Shown here in pieces: positions 1 to 13,900 of a stretch of DNA of 64,000 bases. Each line of letters begins with the position of its first letter. The stretch's first letter is position 1. This DNA comes from Phoronis australis (lineage: Eukaryota; Animalia; Phoronida): contig NMRA01000103.1 in NCBI GenBank assembly GCA_002633005.1, positions 465,612 to 529,611 on the forward strand, in the 5' to 3' direction. Position numbers and translations under genes: made by a program. Under the pieces are notes generated by a model. That model saw only the letters and a list, made by a program, of their open reading frames with translations, made no database searches and was not told where the DNA came from.

Positions 1-185
1 CTAGATTAGTCCTCGAAATTAAAACTTCAAATGTTTATGTTTAGCATAGCTCCCACCCCATAATTTATAAGCGAAAGACTTCCTTAAAAATGCCAGTGTC
101 AGTGGCTGCACATAATTGACTTGGTCTGGTCAGGCGGCTAAGGCATCTGATTGATTCTCAATGACAACTTAGCTGGTTACACCAG

Positions 186-578
186 GGCCCGGTCTCCAAT
201 CTTTTAACTCGAAATGGAACTTGAAATTAGGTTTGGCATTTTCTACTTTACTTTTGGGCGAACTCAAGATAAGTGTCTATTATTCTATGCTCGAGTACAC
301 AATAACTTTCGTAGATAATTTATTGCCCTTAGTTCACAGTATGTAAACCCACTATTAAGTTCGAGTTTGAACTCGAAATTTTGAGTTTTTACTCGAGTTT
401 GTAGCACGAATATAAGGGTCTTCAAGGGCAAACTTGAACTAGAAACTCCTATGCATAAACTATAATGTATTCGAGCACATTCTGATAACCAATTATCTTA
501 AGTTCGCACAAAAGGAGCAGAGAAATTGCCAAAAATAGTTTCGAGTTCGTTTCGAGTACAAAGATTAGAGACCGGACC
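186..578. mobile_element. PIF/Harbinger-like MITE
   Basis: Imperfect TIRs GGCCCGGTCTCCAATCTTT... and ...AAAGATTAGAGACCGGACC, flanked by a 3-bp CAG duplication (183-185, 579-581). Internal ACTCGAAA/TTCGAGT repeats. Confidence 0.8.
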
Positions 579-885
579 CAGGTTAACCAGGCAAAATCAG
601 TCAAGTGCAACCTTTGTGACTTGACAATTTTAGCTTCCAAAACATACACGAATTGCTTACCTTTGGGTGTTAAATAGTCATTTTTCAGTGATATGTTGGC
701 ATATTCAGGTGTGAAATTTATATCCACGTTTTTAACTGCGCTTCTTGTGCTTCCTAAAGTTACAGTACTGGTAAAGGAACTGATGTAAACAAATCCATCA
801 TTAGAGTAAATGTTCATCCTCAACTTCTCAAGATTTTTGTCCTTTAACTCCCATGCTCCACTTTGGACCCAGCCCAGGTTTTTTA

Positions 886-3236
886 CCGTAAACTTGTGGG
901 TTAACCCCTGGGTGCTTAAATTGGGAAACCCGGAGACGGGGGACTGGGCGATTACCCAAGCAGTGAACGTTTAAACAGAAAAGTTAGCGAAAAGTTGGGG
1001 GTGGGCAATTATTCAAGCATTGGGTGCTTATGTCCAAGTTTTAGCCGAACTGGGCAAGCTTGCGGGGTGTTCATTCGAGCATGGAACTTGTAAGTTCGTT
1101 CAAACAGCGGAACCCAACAACAACCGCAAAGTTTCTCACGACTCAAACAGAAAGGAGATTTCGACTTTGAAAGTGTGATTTCACGAGAACGTTGCTAAAA
1201 ACTCAGATGCTTTCAAATATATTAGCACGCTGCAAAATTTCATACCACAGAGCTTTATGAAACTCGAATGGCAGCAAGTACTGTTTCAAATAAGTGAATG
1301 GGACTACATTTCGTTTCCAGCGCCATTGTATTGTTAGTGTTGTTCGTACAACTGTGTTTGGTTGGAACCTTTCCAGTCCCGTCTCGTCATTGTTAATGTC
1401 GTCTGGTATTAAACCTGATAAACTTTTGATTCACTGTTTAGTTTATCTGGTGCTGGATTAAAAACACGAATGATTCATTCCCGGCCGACACAAACCGTTT
1501 GCAATTACAACAAGAGGGGTGTGAATAATTGCTCCATTCAAATGTGGGTTGACCCAGGATATCAAAATCACATGCATTATGCGAGCAACTACAACGAGAG
1601 GGTGGTTGATTAATTGGTCATTTTAAATCTGAGTCAACCCAGGAGAAAAATCTAGCAAAATCACGTGTTCCGTCTGAAAATACGTGGCGATGTTTCAAAG
1701 TTTTACCTGTTCTCGCCAAAACACTCAAAAAACTTGGTCTACTGAACTCGAAAAAGCATCAGAAATGGTGCCTGATATGAAAAAATTAGGTAATTGAAAA
1801 AATTGTTACCTAGACAAACCTACGTCGGTGGTGACCAGGACGTAGGCCTAATTTGGCACCCACTGCAATGCTTCCATTGTCCCCAGTAGGCTTCTATCGG
1901 GTAGTTTCCCTGTTGTAAGGTATAGGTGTGATAGTATTGTCAGTGATGTTTATTGCAATGTTTGTAAAATAAAAGTTTATTGTATTCTCATTGGTGTCTT
2001 GTGATTTTTTCACAGTTGCGAAGGTCAACAGAACAGTTTTGGTAAAAGCCAGGGCCCACGTTGGGTTACAGCATGCAAATATTCGAGTTTTGCCAACAGC
2101 TGTTATTGTACGAGTTCCATTCACGCTGCCGCACGCACAGCGCACTGAAAACACTCATACCCATTTATTAGCACAAACATTTTGTGTATTCACGGGTTAT
2201 TAGCTGATTAATACCTCGCTCTCCAGCATATCTGAACATTGTTTTATTGTTTAAAGTCGAACATTAATGTGATAGCGATACAATTCGTAACAGAACACGC
2301 CTAATATTTGTGAGGTGCAAACGTGAAACTTGCACACGCGAATTACGTCACAGTCCAATCGAGATTATTATTTCTCACCGGTAGTTTACCGGCTTTGTCA
2401 TTAAAAATGCAAGGAAAATGGCGGAGAAAAAACGAAATAACTGCATGCTCCACAGTCACCACCAATTTATCATGGTAAAAAGGCATTCCTGTGTACCCCT
2501 GTGGGATTTTGTTTGTACAGGTTTTTAACATTTTTTTCCTTCTCCAACAGGCAGAATACTGAGGCGTCGGTAATAAAAAGCTGTAAGTGGGAACTGTTTT
2601 TTTCCAAAATCAGGGCCACAAATTGGTAACTTAATCAGTAAATTTAAAAAAATCACCTTGGTTCATGGTTCCAGGAATGAAACCACATTCATTCGGTTGG
2701 TTATAAATATCAATTTATGCACGCAAAAGACCTCCGGGTGTCCTGTGCGCTTGATAAAAATTACCTGTCACTTCGTCACAAGGGGGCGTCCACATTTAAT
2801 CTCTGAACCATGACTAATCTCGCAGGAGACTAGCGCCACTTCTACAAAAATCTGCGGAGTAGGCCTATATTAATTTAACAAAAGATCAGTTGATAAGTTT
2901 AAAAAAGGTATTTGTAGCGCTTGAATTATTTCACGAGTTGTCTGAAAAACGCACTTTTCGAGACAAATGTACGCAGGTGTAAGCACGCCGTGTTTTTGCA
3001 AACATGGAAGTCTGAGTCCGAGTCTAAGCTGTGAACAAGAGCACAAGTTCAAGCTCAAGTTCTGTAAGCAGAAAGTTGGGGGTGGGTGATTACCAGAGAG
3101 GTGGGCGCTTACGTGAAAATTAGCACAAAGTAGGTAATCGGCGATTACCTAAGCAGTGGGCACTTAAATCGAAAATTGTCGAAGCTTCAAGGATGGGTGA
3201 TTACCCAGGCGTGGGCGTTAACCTGCGAGTTTACAA
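886..3236. mobile_element. Non-autonomous Tc1/mariner-superfamily (Tc2/pogo-like) element, older copy
   Basis: TA|CCGTAAACTTGTGGGTTAAC... and ...GTTAACCTGCGAGTTTACAA|TA (decayed). Arrays of GGGCG(C/A)TTA subterminal motifs at both ends. No transposase ORF recognised. Confidence 0.7.
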
Positions 3237-5312
3237 TAATTGTCTAAGTTTTAACTACAATCATTTGCAGAGGTCTTGGGTGGATTGTGTAAGTTACCCA
3301 AAGCCTTTGGTGACATGATTATGGTATCGTTTTTCAAGGAAAGAACTTCTGCACTAAGATACTTTGTTCTTGCCTAATTATGGAAACATGGTCATCATGT
3401 ATATGTGTGTGTGTTCACAGCTGATAAGAAACTTGAAAGAAGACAACATATTGGGCCTAGTAAAACAAGCTGATATCTTCCCCTGCACATTGTGACTGTG
3501 TAGACTCAGCTTGTGTGAATTAATAAGAGATTATAATAACACCCTGAGTAAACATGTGTCTTACCAAATGTACATGATTATGTCCAGAGAACACTGCATC
3601 TGCTTCTTTTGTTGATTTCACCACGTTGGTGTCATTGTTTTATCTTGAGAGAGAGATATAGAGGGATTGGGGGAAGGAGAGGGATAGAGAGAGGTTTATT
3701 TCATGTAGCAGGGTGATTTTGTGGATTAAGATCAGCTCTGTACCACGTTTTTCAGTTTTTGCAAGCATAAAGTTAAATTATTAAGATATGATTGAAGCAT
3801 GTACACAAAACGCTCGACTTTGTTTATGATTTTAGAAACTTCGCTAACTCTGGATTTTGCTAGTGGCAACTGAAAAACGAATTTAATGGAAAACCCTAGC
3901 GCATGATTTTTCTTTGGGGGGTTGATGACCTGTTGTTCATGAGCGAAACCCTTCAACAGGTATGTTGAAAATACAAATGGAGACAAAAAATGCGATCGAA
4001 ATCTTAGGATCAGGTGGCAACGTTGTTTGGCTATGTTATACGAGGCTTTTCATTAAACCTATGGCTTTTCACCTGTCATTCATCGGTTAATTGCAGCCGA
4101 GGTAACGCAATTGAGAGTGCCTCGAGAGAAAGGCTTAGAAACAGTAATTATTGAAACATATTTATTGTTTAAGCACCATTTAAATCAAAGAAAAAACATA
4201 TACACTGAAGAAAAGTTTACTGCTCTCGTTCAAAGTGTACGGTTGTTCTTCATTTTTTCATACAAAAGTAATTGCAAAGTTTGCAAGTTTTCTATTTTTC
4301 AGTGGTTGAGTTGCAGCAACAGTAGTAAACACTTAATGAAATGTTGTTTACGGTGTCTCCGTAGTAACTCTAAATTTTTATTTCTGCTTTGAAATTTTGT
4401 CAAAATTCACCTGTGTGCCATATTGTGTGCTAAGTAGATGAATAATTACTGAATATGTTTTGTATCCTGTGAGAGACTCTCTGAATTGAAACTATCACCT
4501 CATTTTGATGTGATTCGGTTTCAATAATTTCATCAACTCCATAGCTATCATCAGACAATATTTTTAAAAATCTTGGAACTGGGAACAGTGGTGGATTAAC
4601 ATTGAAAATGAAAAACATGTCTAGCAGATATTTTTGTAAGTGGTGTGATCGAACAGTGCCAGTACACAGGATCAGTACAGCAGGCACGTTTGGTCGTTTC
4701 ATTTTCTTTTTAATCATAATTGAGTAGTCATTTGTATGGCTTTGGTATAATTTGTAATACTGGGTCTGTAAGGGAGTAATTAAAATGGCTCTGCTTTCTT
4801 AATTATAAAAGTGTTAATGTTGTCACATTTCATGATTGATGATTCTTCTGCAATCGGTAGTCTGTCGCTTATGAATATGAGCAAATGTGAACGTTGCAAA
4901 AAGCAAAACTGGGGAATTCATGTATTGAAATATCTTTCTGTAATTTGATTTGTGGGTAGATTCAGGATTGTAGGAAGTAGGGGAGTGGCACAATAATCTG
5001 CAGGTTGGATGAGGGCCAAGACGGGGGAGGGGGCTGGGGTGTGTCTGGAGCGAACTGAAAAATTGGAGAGGATGAAGGCATTGTGGTGGAAAGTCAAGTG
5101 GCATCTAGAGGATTTAATGACAAGTCTGTGAATTTATTCAAATATTTTCAAAATTGTAATGTCTGACTCAATACAGGTATATATTTTCTGAAAGCAAATA
5201 TATTGTAGAATTTGTTTTTTTACTGCCATTGATTGATTAATTGGGTCGTGATCATGTCTTTTCAGTAAAATTTAGCGAAACAAAATGGTACATTCAAAGC
5301 ACAACGTCATCA

Positions 5313-5426
5313 ATAACATGATCAAATCTGTTCAATATTAATAACATGATCAAATCTGTTCAATATTATTAACATGATCAAATCTGTTCAATATTAATAA
5401 CGTGATCAAATCTGTTCAATATTAAT
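5313..5426. repeat. 28-bp minisatellite, 4 copies
   Basis: Unit ATAACATGATCAAATCTGTTCAATATTA repeated four times with about one substitution in two of the copies. Confidence 0.95.
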
Positions 5427-7009
5427 GTTCAAGATGATATCTCAAAAAAATGTGACGGTTTTCTAAGTTGTCTTTTTGTTTTCCGTTTTTGCGACTATTG
5501 TCGATTTTTTTCTTAAAAATCATTAATTCCCTATTTGTCGATAGTCTTTCACATAGTAACAGAGAAACAATTGATAGCAGAGTTTTATAGAACATTGCAT
5601 AAGTAATACTATATTGAAGTTTCAAATGAATGTGATCAGTTGTTCATGAGACATGATGTTCCAAAGTCAGCCAAATTTGAACATTTTTCGGGGTCCTGTG
5701 CTTCCCCGGGTTTCCCCCAGTCCTTTGATGTGGCTAGCTTAGTTCATGTTGGTAAATTATTCCATTTCTATTTTTTTATTGTTGAAACAAGTAATTGGTC
5801 AATTGAAAAAATGTCTTAGTTAGATTTCAAGTACAATATGATCTAGTTTTTTTCTAAACAAAATCACAAAATATGCTTGAAAAACTTGTTTTATTTTACT
5901 ACGTCGATCTTCAAGTGCTTAACTATAAAGCATACTTCCAATCTAACAAACAACATGAATACTGGCCCATGAATTAAATGAAAATTGTGTTCGCTTTTTA
6001 GGGAGTGCCTTATACATTTTGCCTTTGTGTAAATGGCAGTGATTGTGAAGAGTCCGTTAGTTTGTTTTATATGCTACAGCCTTCTTTTTTACTGAATTTT
6101 GTTAGTTTTGACACTCCATGAGAGCACTACCATTAAATACTCTCTTTCTCAGATGTTAGCCAGAACTAATCCACACTTTGTATCAGGTCATCCGATTATT
6201 TAAAGATATCTTTGTTGATGATAGTATTATTATAATTTTTCCGTTTTTTCTTTGATAAGGTTGACAGAAAGCATTTATCCATAGTAGGGAAATTAGTTGA
6301 TCCTATTAAGTCTGTACCTGTCCAATCCTCTTAAGACAATTACCCTACTCTTGTGTAATTAGTTATTTTATGGTGTAAAACTTTGATTGTGAAAAAGTTA
6401 CCTGGGCGTTGACCTTTAACTCCAGCTGAGAGGAATTTCAAGTTTATTGTTTATGACGGCCCATGATATTTGAAGTTGGTGTGACATTAATTAGAAATGT
6501 CATATGCTTTAAACTGGTTTTAAGTATCTTGGAGAGCTGAAGGTCAAAGAAATTTAAAATTTGTATAAAATGTCACTGAATCTTCAACTTGTAGTTTTTG
6601 TAAGGGTGAAGAGGTGTGAGGGGAATACCGCTAGTTTGCGTTACGTGCACAGACACGTCGCAAAACCAGGGTACGCCTAACTGACTGATCTTACTAGAAA
6701 CTGTAAGACATTCTGCGACAAATGGATACCACTTTTCTTTTAGGGGCTATGGTAAACAATATTCCAGGTTGGGACAGTCTCAAAATTTGAGACACTGAAA
6801 TTCAAGGCAAAATTGAACTTTCTTGATCCTGATGATTATGATTTTGGTGATTCCTGCGTTCATCATGATTCTCATGTCGGACATTGCGACATTGCGTTTT
6901 TGTATCAAATAAGTCTGAAAATAAACTTGTTAGCTAATAGCGTAGTGTTGAGTAGTGATGTCTGATTACAAATTTAGCAAATTTCAGAACAGCATGTATC
7001 AAGGATATA

Positions 7010-7370
7010 TGGGGGATTCACGTGAAACTCAGATACTTTGCACTGTTCTCAAAAGAATTCCATAAGTTTCATAAAACGAAAATAAAGTTATTGTTTAGAA
7101 AACTAAAGCAATGTGCTTGAGATTTCATCTTTAATATCGAATGAAATTTTGTCATGTTATCGATACCATAGTTTTGCATTGAACATCCTTTTCTTTTTTC
7201 TTAAATTTTACTTTAAAGGCTTGTTCACATTACCCAATTATTGACAAATTGGTAAAAATCAAAGTCTACAGGCTTTCTACTTTCAGAAAATACAATTTTA
7301 CAGATTTAATTTATTTAGTTTTTAGGCATTTGGCTAAATACATAGACTCGTTGATAAGGTCCTGCATAAC
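7010..7370 (+). mobile_element. Dispersed repeat family A (possible TTAA/Kolobok-type non-autonomous element), copy 1
   Basis: Shares an AAAACGAAA..AT..TTTAGAAAACT...GAGATTTCATC core and a later GTAAAAATCAAA block with ~19000-20480, ~27260-27580 and ~33480-33830. One copy ends in CCTTAA. Boundaries are approximate. Confidence 0.55.
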
Positions 7371-7726
7371 TCGAGAAGCTGGGCTAACCCTGCCTTCCAC
7401 CAAATCAATTTATTTCTGTAGTTAAGACCATAGGCACACCCTACAAAAACACATTTAAGCAGATTTCAGTTACACATGGCTCTAAGTTGAAAGGATAAGA
7501 TAACATATTTATAAAGATTAACCACCTATTCATTATCATTCGATGATATCAACTTCATGATTTTAAATATGCTAATGATAATACGTGTCATTCTTTTAGA
7601 CTAGAAGTTTAGTGTATGTATTACAATTAAAAATGGCAATCACCATCACTAATATTGGGACCGAATGAGCATACTCTGTTGGCCCTGAGTTAATCCACTT
7701 AACAATTACATTAAGTCATTCTCCAG

Positions 7727-7800
7727 TTGTTCCTCATTCACAAAACACAAAACGATTTCTACACAACTCTGGCTACAAAATGGATGTTGTTGACCAAAAG
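7727..7800 (+). other. Candidate further upstream LMO exon (5'UTR or N-terminal extension)
   Basis: tcattctccag| acceptor and AAG|gtgagg donor. The 74 nt are open (LFLIHKTQNDFYTTLATKWMLLTK) in the phase that continues into the 9826 exon. Confidence 0.35.
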
Positions 7801-7911
7801 GTGAGGTGTGAATGCTCAGGGTTGAAAATGGTGGGAGTTCCAGTTGTTGAAAAATAGAAAATTATGCAAGTTTCTGCGTATTGAGATTACATTTGAATGA
7901 AAAAACTGTTA

Positions 7912-8310
7912 AAAGTGCTGTCCACACGCAGACTTACCCCCAGAACAAGTTACTCCTGGAACGAGTTGTCGCTAGGTTTGGAGGCTGTGTGGAACTTGCC
8001 CTACTTGTGACAACTTACTCCACCTTATTGAGGTAGGGCAACTTGTTCTAGGGTAACTTGCGCCATTTCTAATTCCTGTGTGGTCGCAAACCTTGGCAAG
8101 GCGGAAGTAACCAGGTGCGGTTGCATAAAGACGGGTTTTCTTTTGCGCGCCGTACTCGCATTAGATTTTCATTGCTATGCACAGAATGACAACTTCGCCT
8201 TACCCTACTTACCGTATACATGTTTGTGGACGCTCCACTTAAAAGTGGGATAAGTTAATTGCACTAGTGCATGTTGTTCTATGGTAGGCTGTGTGTGGAT
8301 GGAACCAATG
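7912..8310 (+). mobile_element. Harbinger-like MITE family B, copy 1
   Basis: AAAGTGCTGTCCACACGCAGACTTACC...TTGTGACAACTTACTCCACCTTATTGAGGTAGG is shared with 42079-42330. Ends resemble GTCCACAC...GTGTGGA. Confidence 0.65.
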
Positions 8311-9825
8311 ACATAATCAGTTATCACATAGGACTAAAAGGAAAAAAGAAGACAGTTAGCAATTTGTAGATTTCGTGCGAAAATAATTACATATATGTAC
8401 GCTAGTGCGCAAGTGCTCATAATATGATCTCTACCTTGTCACAATTTTTCATTTAGTTGACATATAACGAGATGATCTGGTGCAAATTGCTGTACCTCAG
8501 ATACTGGTGGCAAAATTAACACCTTGGTTACAACTCATTCTGTGTCAGCTATTCGGTATCAACTTTTGTCATGCAAATATGCTAGGTTAGAGGCGATTTC
8601 GGGAATTGGAAGGAACTGGCAGTTTTTTATTGCTGGTGGTGAGGCTCAACAGCATTGCTTGTCAAGGCGGGTCATTTTGTGTGCCTGGTCATTGACTCGA
8701 CCTTTAATGGACTTTCTGTTCTGTGTAAGCTGGCAACCAGCTTCTCCTCTGAGACCGAGTTGAGACCACTTTTGTTGCTGAGAGCAGTTTGAATCAAAGT
8801 TGATTTTTTGAAGGAGTGCAGTCTCCTTCCAGTGCCCTCTGGTGTTAAGTTGTTGCATGTTGATCTAGATACTTAACATTAGGCACTAGACCAGAAATCA
8901 AACAGCAAAATCTTACCAATTTCTGACATTGTTGTGAATGCCCACAATTTTTCAAAACATTGTTTGGTGGTTGCTATGGCGCTAAACTAGAACATTGGAA
9001 ACAGTACTTTGGTGCCATATACCTATCTGTTATGGAACGAATAAGAAAATAGAATTTCACACGTCGGCCATGAATGAAAGAAATTGTGTTTTGGCCCCAT
9101 CATCTCTGCACACATCTTGCGCATCAGAATTTGAAATTGAAACAAGTGACAGCTTTCGTGCTTTTACAGCACTAAGAGTTGCATGTTATTGTTTCCTTAC
9201 GTCATGTGTAAAGGCTACATGTCCACTATAGTGAGTGCCAAGAGAATCACTAGGTGGCAGTGCAGTTTTCTCATGGATCTTACATATTGACAACCCACTT
9301 GTACCTCCAGAGTGCTAGAACAATTCTGTACAACTGTATCCGTAAAATGATGATTTCTAAGCTTTGTATTTTATTCTTTGTTCTGAACCAAAGAATGTTC
9401 ATCTGTTAGGCTCAACTTAAACATCATAGCGCAAATTTTGTCCGTCATCAATCTACTTTGCTTATTAAAAATTTACACAGGGGTTGATACTTGGTATTAT
9501 GATTTTAGATTATGATTATAAAAGCTCTGCTTGATTGAAATTTAAATATTGGATGACAATCTGTGCTAAGAGTATTTCCCTTGCTAATGGAAATTAAATG
9601 ACTCCGTCTATTAGATAAATTAACGATAGATAATTGTGACATTGACATTGAATTTGAATGCTTTCATCTGGAAGCTTTAGTTGCACTCCGATACTACACC
9701 TACATGGTAATACGGAAAGGATTTTTGTCACCTGATCACGTTGATGTTATCAAATCTTTAAGAGCGTTAGCGTTAAGTGGGGTTTTGCCATTTGTTAGCC
9801 AAAACCTGTGTCTGTTTCATTGTAG

Positions 9826-9953
9826 GTGTTTCTGGGCGACGCATGCAGTAAATGAAGGTGTTTTAGCACATTGCAGCAGCAGCAGCAGCACCATGACCTC
9901 CACAGCCTCTACAGCATCTGACATCATGTCAGACACTCAGATTGATTCATCAG
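9826..9953 (+). CDS. LMO1/3: Probable upstream (first coding) exon of the LMO gene
   Basis: Acceptor ctgtttcattgtag| and consensus donor CAG|gtgagt. accATG at 9893 gives MTSTASTASDIMSDTQIDSS+G in phase 1, which joins in frame to G|GC GCC ATG at 55084. The frame is also open back to the exon start. Linkage across 45 kb is inferred. Confidence 0.65.
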
Positions 9954-10239
9954 GTGAGTTGTCATCTTTTCCATTGATGGATTGTTGTGAATCAAGCTCC
10001 AAGCAGTTCTCACGTGTTTGCAAAATGTCAACACTATCCGAATGTTAACGAGGACTGTCTGCTTCAACATGGGTAAAATCTGAACTCAGCAAGCTATGTA
10101 ATTAACATACAATAATTCTGTAGATTATCTGGTTTGGGCGAAATTCACGGAATTTCAGCAGTAGATACCAAAATTATTCTGTTATTTTTGATTCTTGATT
10201 TAATTCCAAAAAATTTAAAATATAATCCATCGAATTTGA

Positions 10240-10975
10240 TACCCGGCCTGCGACTATTTTTGTCCTCATCATTTTGAAGTAGTTGCGCATTCTTGTTGAA
10301 GGTGGCGCTGTTGTTTTACTGGTTTCTTAGAGTAGTAGAGAAACAACCAGCCTAGGCTTGTATCCCCATTAAAGTTGAGCTCTGACATAGATGCAGTGGT
10401 TTCATGCCAAGCAATTATCAGGCCGTTTTTATGCCTATGACAGTGGTTTTGCCGAAAAAAGCATTTTTCCTACAGATTCGATTTAATTTTGCGCCACCTA
10501 CTGACCGTTTTTATTTTCCTTGAGTCCGTTTTTTGGCATTTACCTCTTTATCCCCAGAACCACTTAATGGCCATTTAAAAAACTTGACGGATGTGTTGGA
10601 TTTATTGTATTCTACCCCACCTAGTGACCATTTCTATTATTTTTGAGCCGTCTATCTCTATGCCAAACTGCTCAGAGTCCCTGATTTTATAAAAATTGGA
10701 TGGATTTTGAGATGAGTCCAATTACTCTGGTGCCCCCTAGTGACATTTTTTTGTCGCGGCTGTATCGCCAAATGTATTCCTATTAGCTCAAAAAGTGGGT
10801 GGGTTGGACTACTGCTTCGACTCCTAATAGGAATTTGTTTTTTTTTCACATTCACCTCTATCTGTGACTGATTTTCATGAAATTCAGCGAATAGCTTTCT
10901 ATTCAGGAGACGGCAACACCTTCCCCATTTTCCTACGCGTTTAGCATGTTCTGTGCCATCCAATGGCCATTTTTA
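10240..10975 (+). mobile_element. Helentron/DINE-like repeat with ~120-bp internal tandem units
   Basis: Degenerate units centred on GCC(A/C)CCTA(G/C)TGAC at ~10491, ~10615 and ~10731. 3' short stem-loop (tgccatccaatggcca) followed by a T-run. Similar to ~45640-46400 and ~53975-54270. Confidence 0.5.
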
Positions 10976-13900
10976 TTATAAACAGCCCCAGAAGCATTCC
11001 ATTTGTGTTGCAGTCATGTGCCTATTTCAACGCTCCACGTTGCTCTTGTAAAAAACTTTTGTTGCAAATGGTGATGTCGTTTTCTCAACTTGGCACTTGT
11101 CCTTACATTTCTTAATGGTTAAAAATTCAACTGATAAGGATGTGTATAAAAGTTTAGGTTTACATATACGAAAGTCAGTTGTTTCCCCAGCAAGGGCTTA
11201 CCACCATGTCCTGAGTCAACTCGAGCTAATATGTCATATTTCCGAGCTCTGCCCTCTTCCTGGTTCCTGTAAGGTAGTAGTATCCAGAGTGTCAGTTGCC
11301 CCGCCCATCCTCCGTGTCTGGGGAACCAGATGATTGGATACAAGTGACCATAGGGACAAGACTTAAATGGCTACTCCTTGGTGATGATGTTAGATTCTGT
11401 GTCTCTTTTTCAAAGTTGTATCCTTTGCACTTCCATCGTGACTGAATCATTCTGGTCATTTTAAAGGTAGCAGCATGTTTCCTTACTTGACAGTTTTTCG
11501 CGACGTATTTTTCTCTTGGTTGTGGATTGAGCGTTCATTTCTATGTTTGTAACGCTCTTATGCATATGGCATATCATGATGTAGAAAGCATGTTGTAGCT
11601 TGTGCTTATGTTTTCATGGTCTACTGTCATTCACATCACCCTAATAGCAGTTTAGTTTTCTAGCAATGCAAATTATCTATTTGGGGCTGTTCATTCTCAC
11701 CTGTTTTTAGCATACAATAAAAACAAAATTTTGTTTTGGCAGAATTTTCTACAAGACTGTTGCATAAACTTGCTAAAATGGTAGTGTTTTCAGCAGCACT
11801 TGTACCAGTAGCAAATACCCCAGTGATGAGAACGCTAACAAGTGCTACTTTTGCTGACAGTTTGAATTACCCCAAAACTGCTGATATTTTCACTAGCATT
11901 TTTGTATCCAGACCACTTAGTCGCATTGATCAATCTATGGCAATGAGTGAATGTGTTTGGACTTCAAATTCCATTTATTGGTGACTCTGGTGATGAGGAA
12001 ACTATTGCCGAAAATGGTCCCTTTGAAGACAGCTGTCTTTCTGCCTAAAACGCTATCAAATACGTTAACTTTTTTGTTTGAGTGACACTGCTGTCGGTTT
12101 TGCCGTTGACATGATAACCTAGTATTAGTAAAAATTTAGATATTTCTAGTGCCGCAGTTCTTTGGATTAGCGCACAGGTAAACAGCATGGACACCATACG
12201 TGAGCGTTTACCCGAACAGCTAATTTGCTCTCGCAAGTGCCTCCACTGAGACTATTTAAAATGCATCTGTGCCAAAAGATCCGTTTCCTTCATTAAAAAG
12301 TTGATAGGTATTTTCCCCGCACAAATTGGGCAGGTTGCTGATGTAAAACTGACTGTTTAGTCGCTGCAGGTAAGCATGTTCAGTTTTGTGAGCTAACAAA
12401 AACCCTGGCTGCCACTTTTAAAGACGTCTCGATCGTGTACATTAGAGGGTGGCATTTAAAAGTGAAAAAGTCGAAATTTTATTAGGGGCCAGCGCTAAAC
12501 TGAACATGGCTGTTTATCTCGATGAGTACGGTAAATTAACCAGCGTTTGAAAACTAGAAACGTGGTAGTTTTAGCATGTTTTTAAAAATGCCCAAAGAAT
12601 TACAGTGCACATTCTCTCCGAGAGTTGAGACGAAACATGTCGCATTGTTTTAATGGTTTCCTAATGCCAAATGTCCTTCAGTGTGCTAATCATCGTGGAA
12701 CAGATATTGTAGACTTCCTGAGGAAACAACACAAATGGTTTTGTTGTCAGTTCATCAATTTATAGGGAACGTCTAGCTGCACTTTAAGAAACACTGAGAA
12801 GGTTTAGTCAGGCATTAAATAACAACTGTGCGTGTGCAAACACTCAAAAAAGCTTTCAATACTCTGCTGCTCGTCCTGACGTCTCCATCCACACAGTGAT
12901 TTATCATCAAGTAATTTTGTATGAAGTCAATAAATTACGTCTTCAGGTTTTAAGATGATTACTTTAAGCACAGTCAGTCTCACTTGTTAATTTCCTTTAC
13001 TTACTTCGGACGTGATAACATCTCAATTCAATTCCTGCAGTCAACAGCTTCGTTTCTAAGCGTTCAGCCAACAGTCAATACTTTAGCGGGTTTGGTTGTC
13101 AATCTGTGCTTATATTTGCCTGATATCTCACTGGGCAAAGGTTTCGAAGCTTTTTGAATGTGTTCAAGAGGACAGATCAACTGGCACTTGTTTACGTCGT
13201 GGACCCACGCTTTTTTAATTTTCCTGTGATATCAGGCCAGTAAGGACCTAGGAGGGGTACTCCAATAGATGTGCCACTCAAACGAGTGGCTTATTCACGG
13301 CCAGTTTCCCTGCGATAGGGTGCCTTTTTAACAAAATTCCCAGTGAATGTAGGTCTTTTTTGTTTAGTAATACCCTTTCCTGAGAGATGGCGCTGATTCA
13401 TTGCTCATGCATTGGTAAAGTGCTAGGTATTACAAACTGAGCTTGTTTCATTGTACCAGGTTCTTCATTTATAGATAAGTATGAAAATTGTTGTTGTCAA
13501 GAAACCTGTTTAATAGGAATGCTGATCTAAAGTCTTTTTGGGGGGGGGCAGGGCAATTACCGCATTTGCGATGACCTCACAGCAGTACAACACAATAAGT
13601 TAATATACTGTGGACCAAAACCAGTTTTTGAACAGTCTAGAGTCTGGAATATGGTTCCTGGGGAAATGTTAAGATCGTTTTTAAAAGAAGACTTGTAAAA
13701 ATAGCTAAAATTGGTGCGTTTTAGTACCCATTTATGAAAGTAGTCCATTTGGTTGTGGTATCTCTTTGAACCGTGGTAGATAATTGACTTTCGAGTTGTG
13801 ATGCCTAACAAGACCAGAATGCTTAACAATGGACCAGATTGATATCTCGTTGGATTTGGAAGTGGCCGCCATCTGGAGATTTTTGTTGTGTTACAGAATC

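Noticed and set aside
5313-5426. 28-bp repeats of CRISPR-like length
   Set aside because: Directly abutting copies with no spacers.
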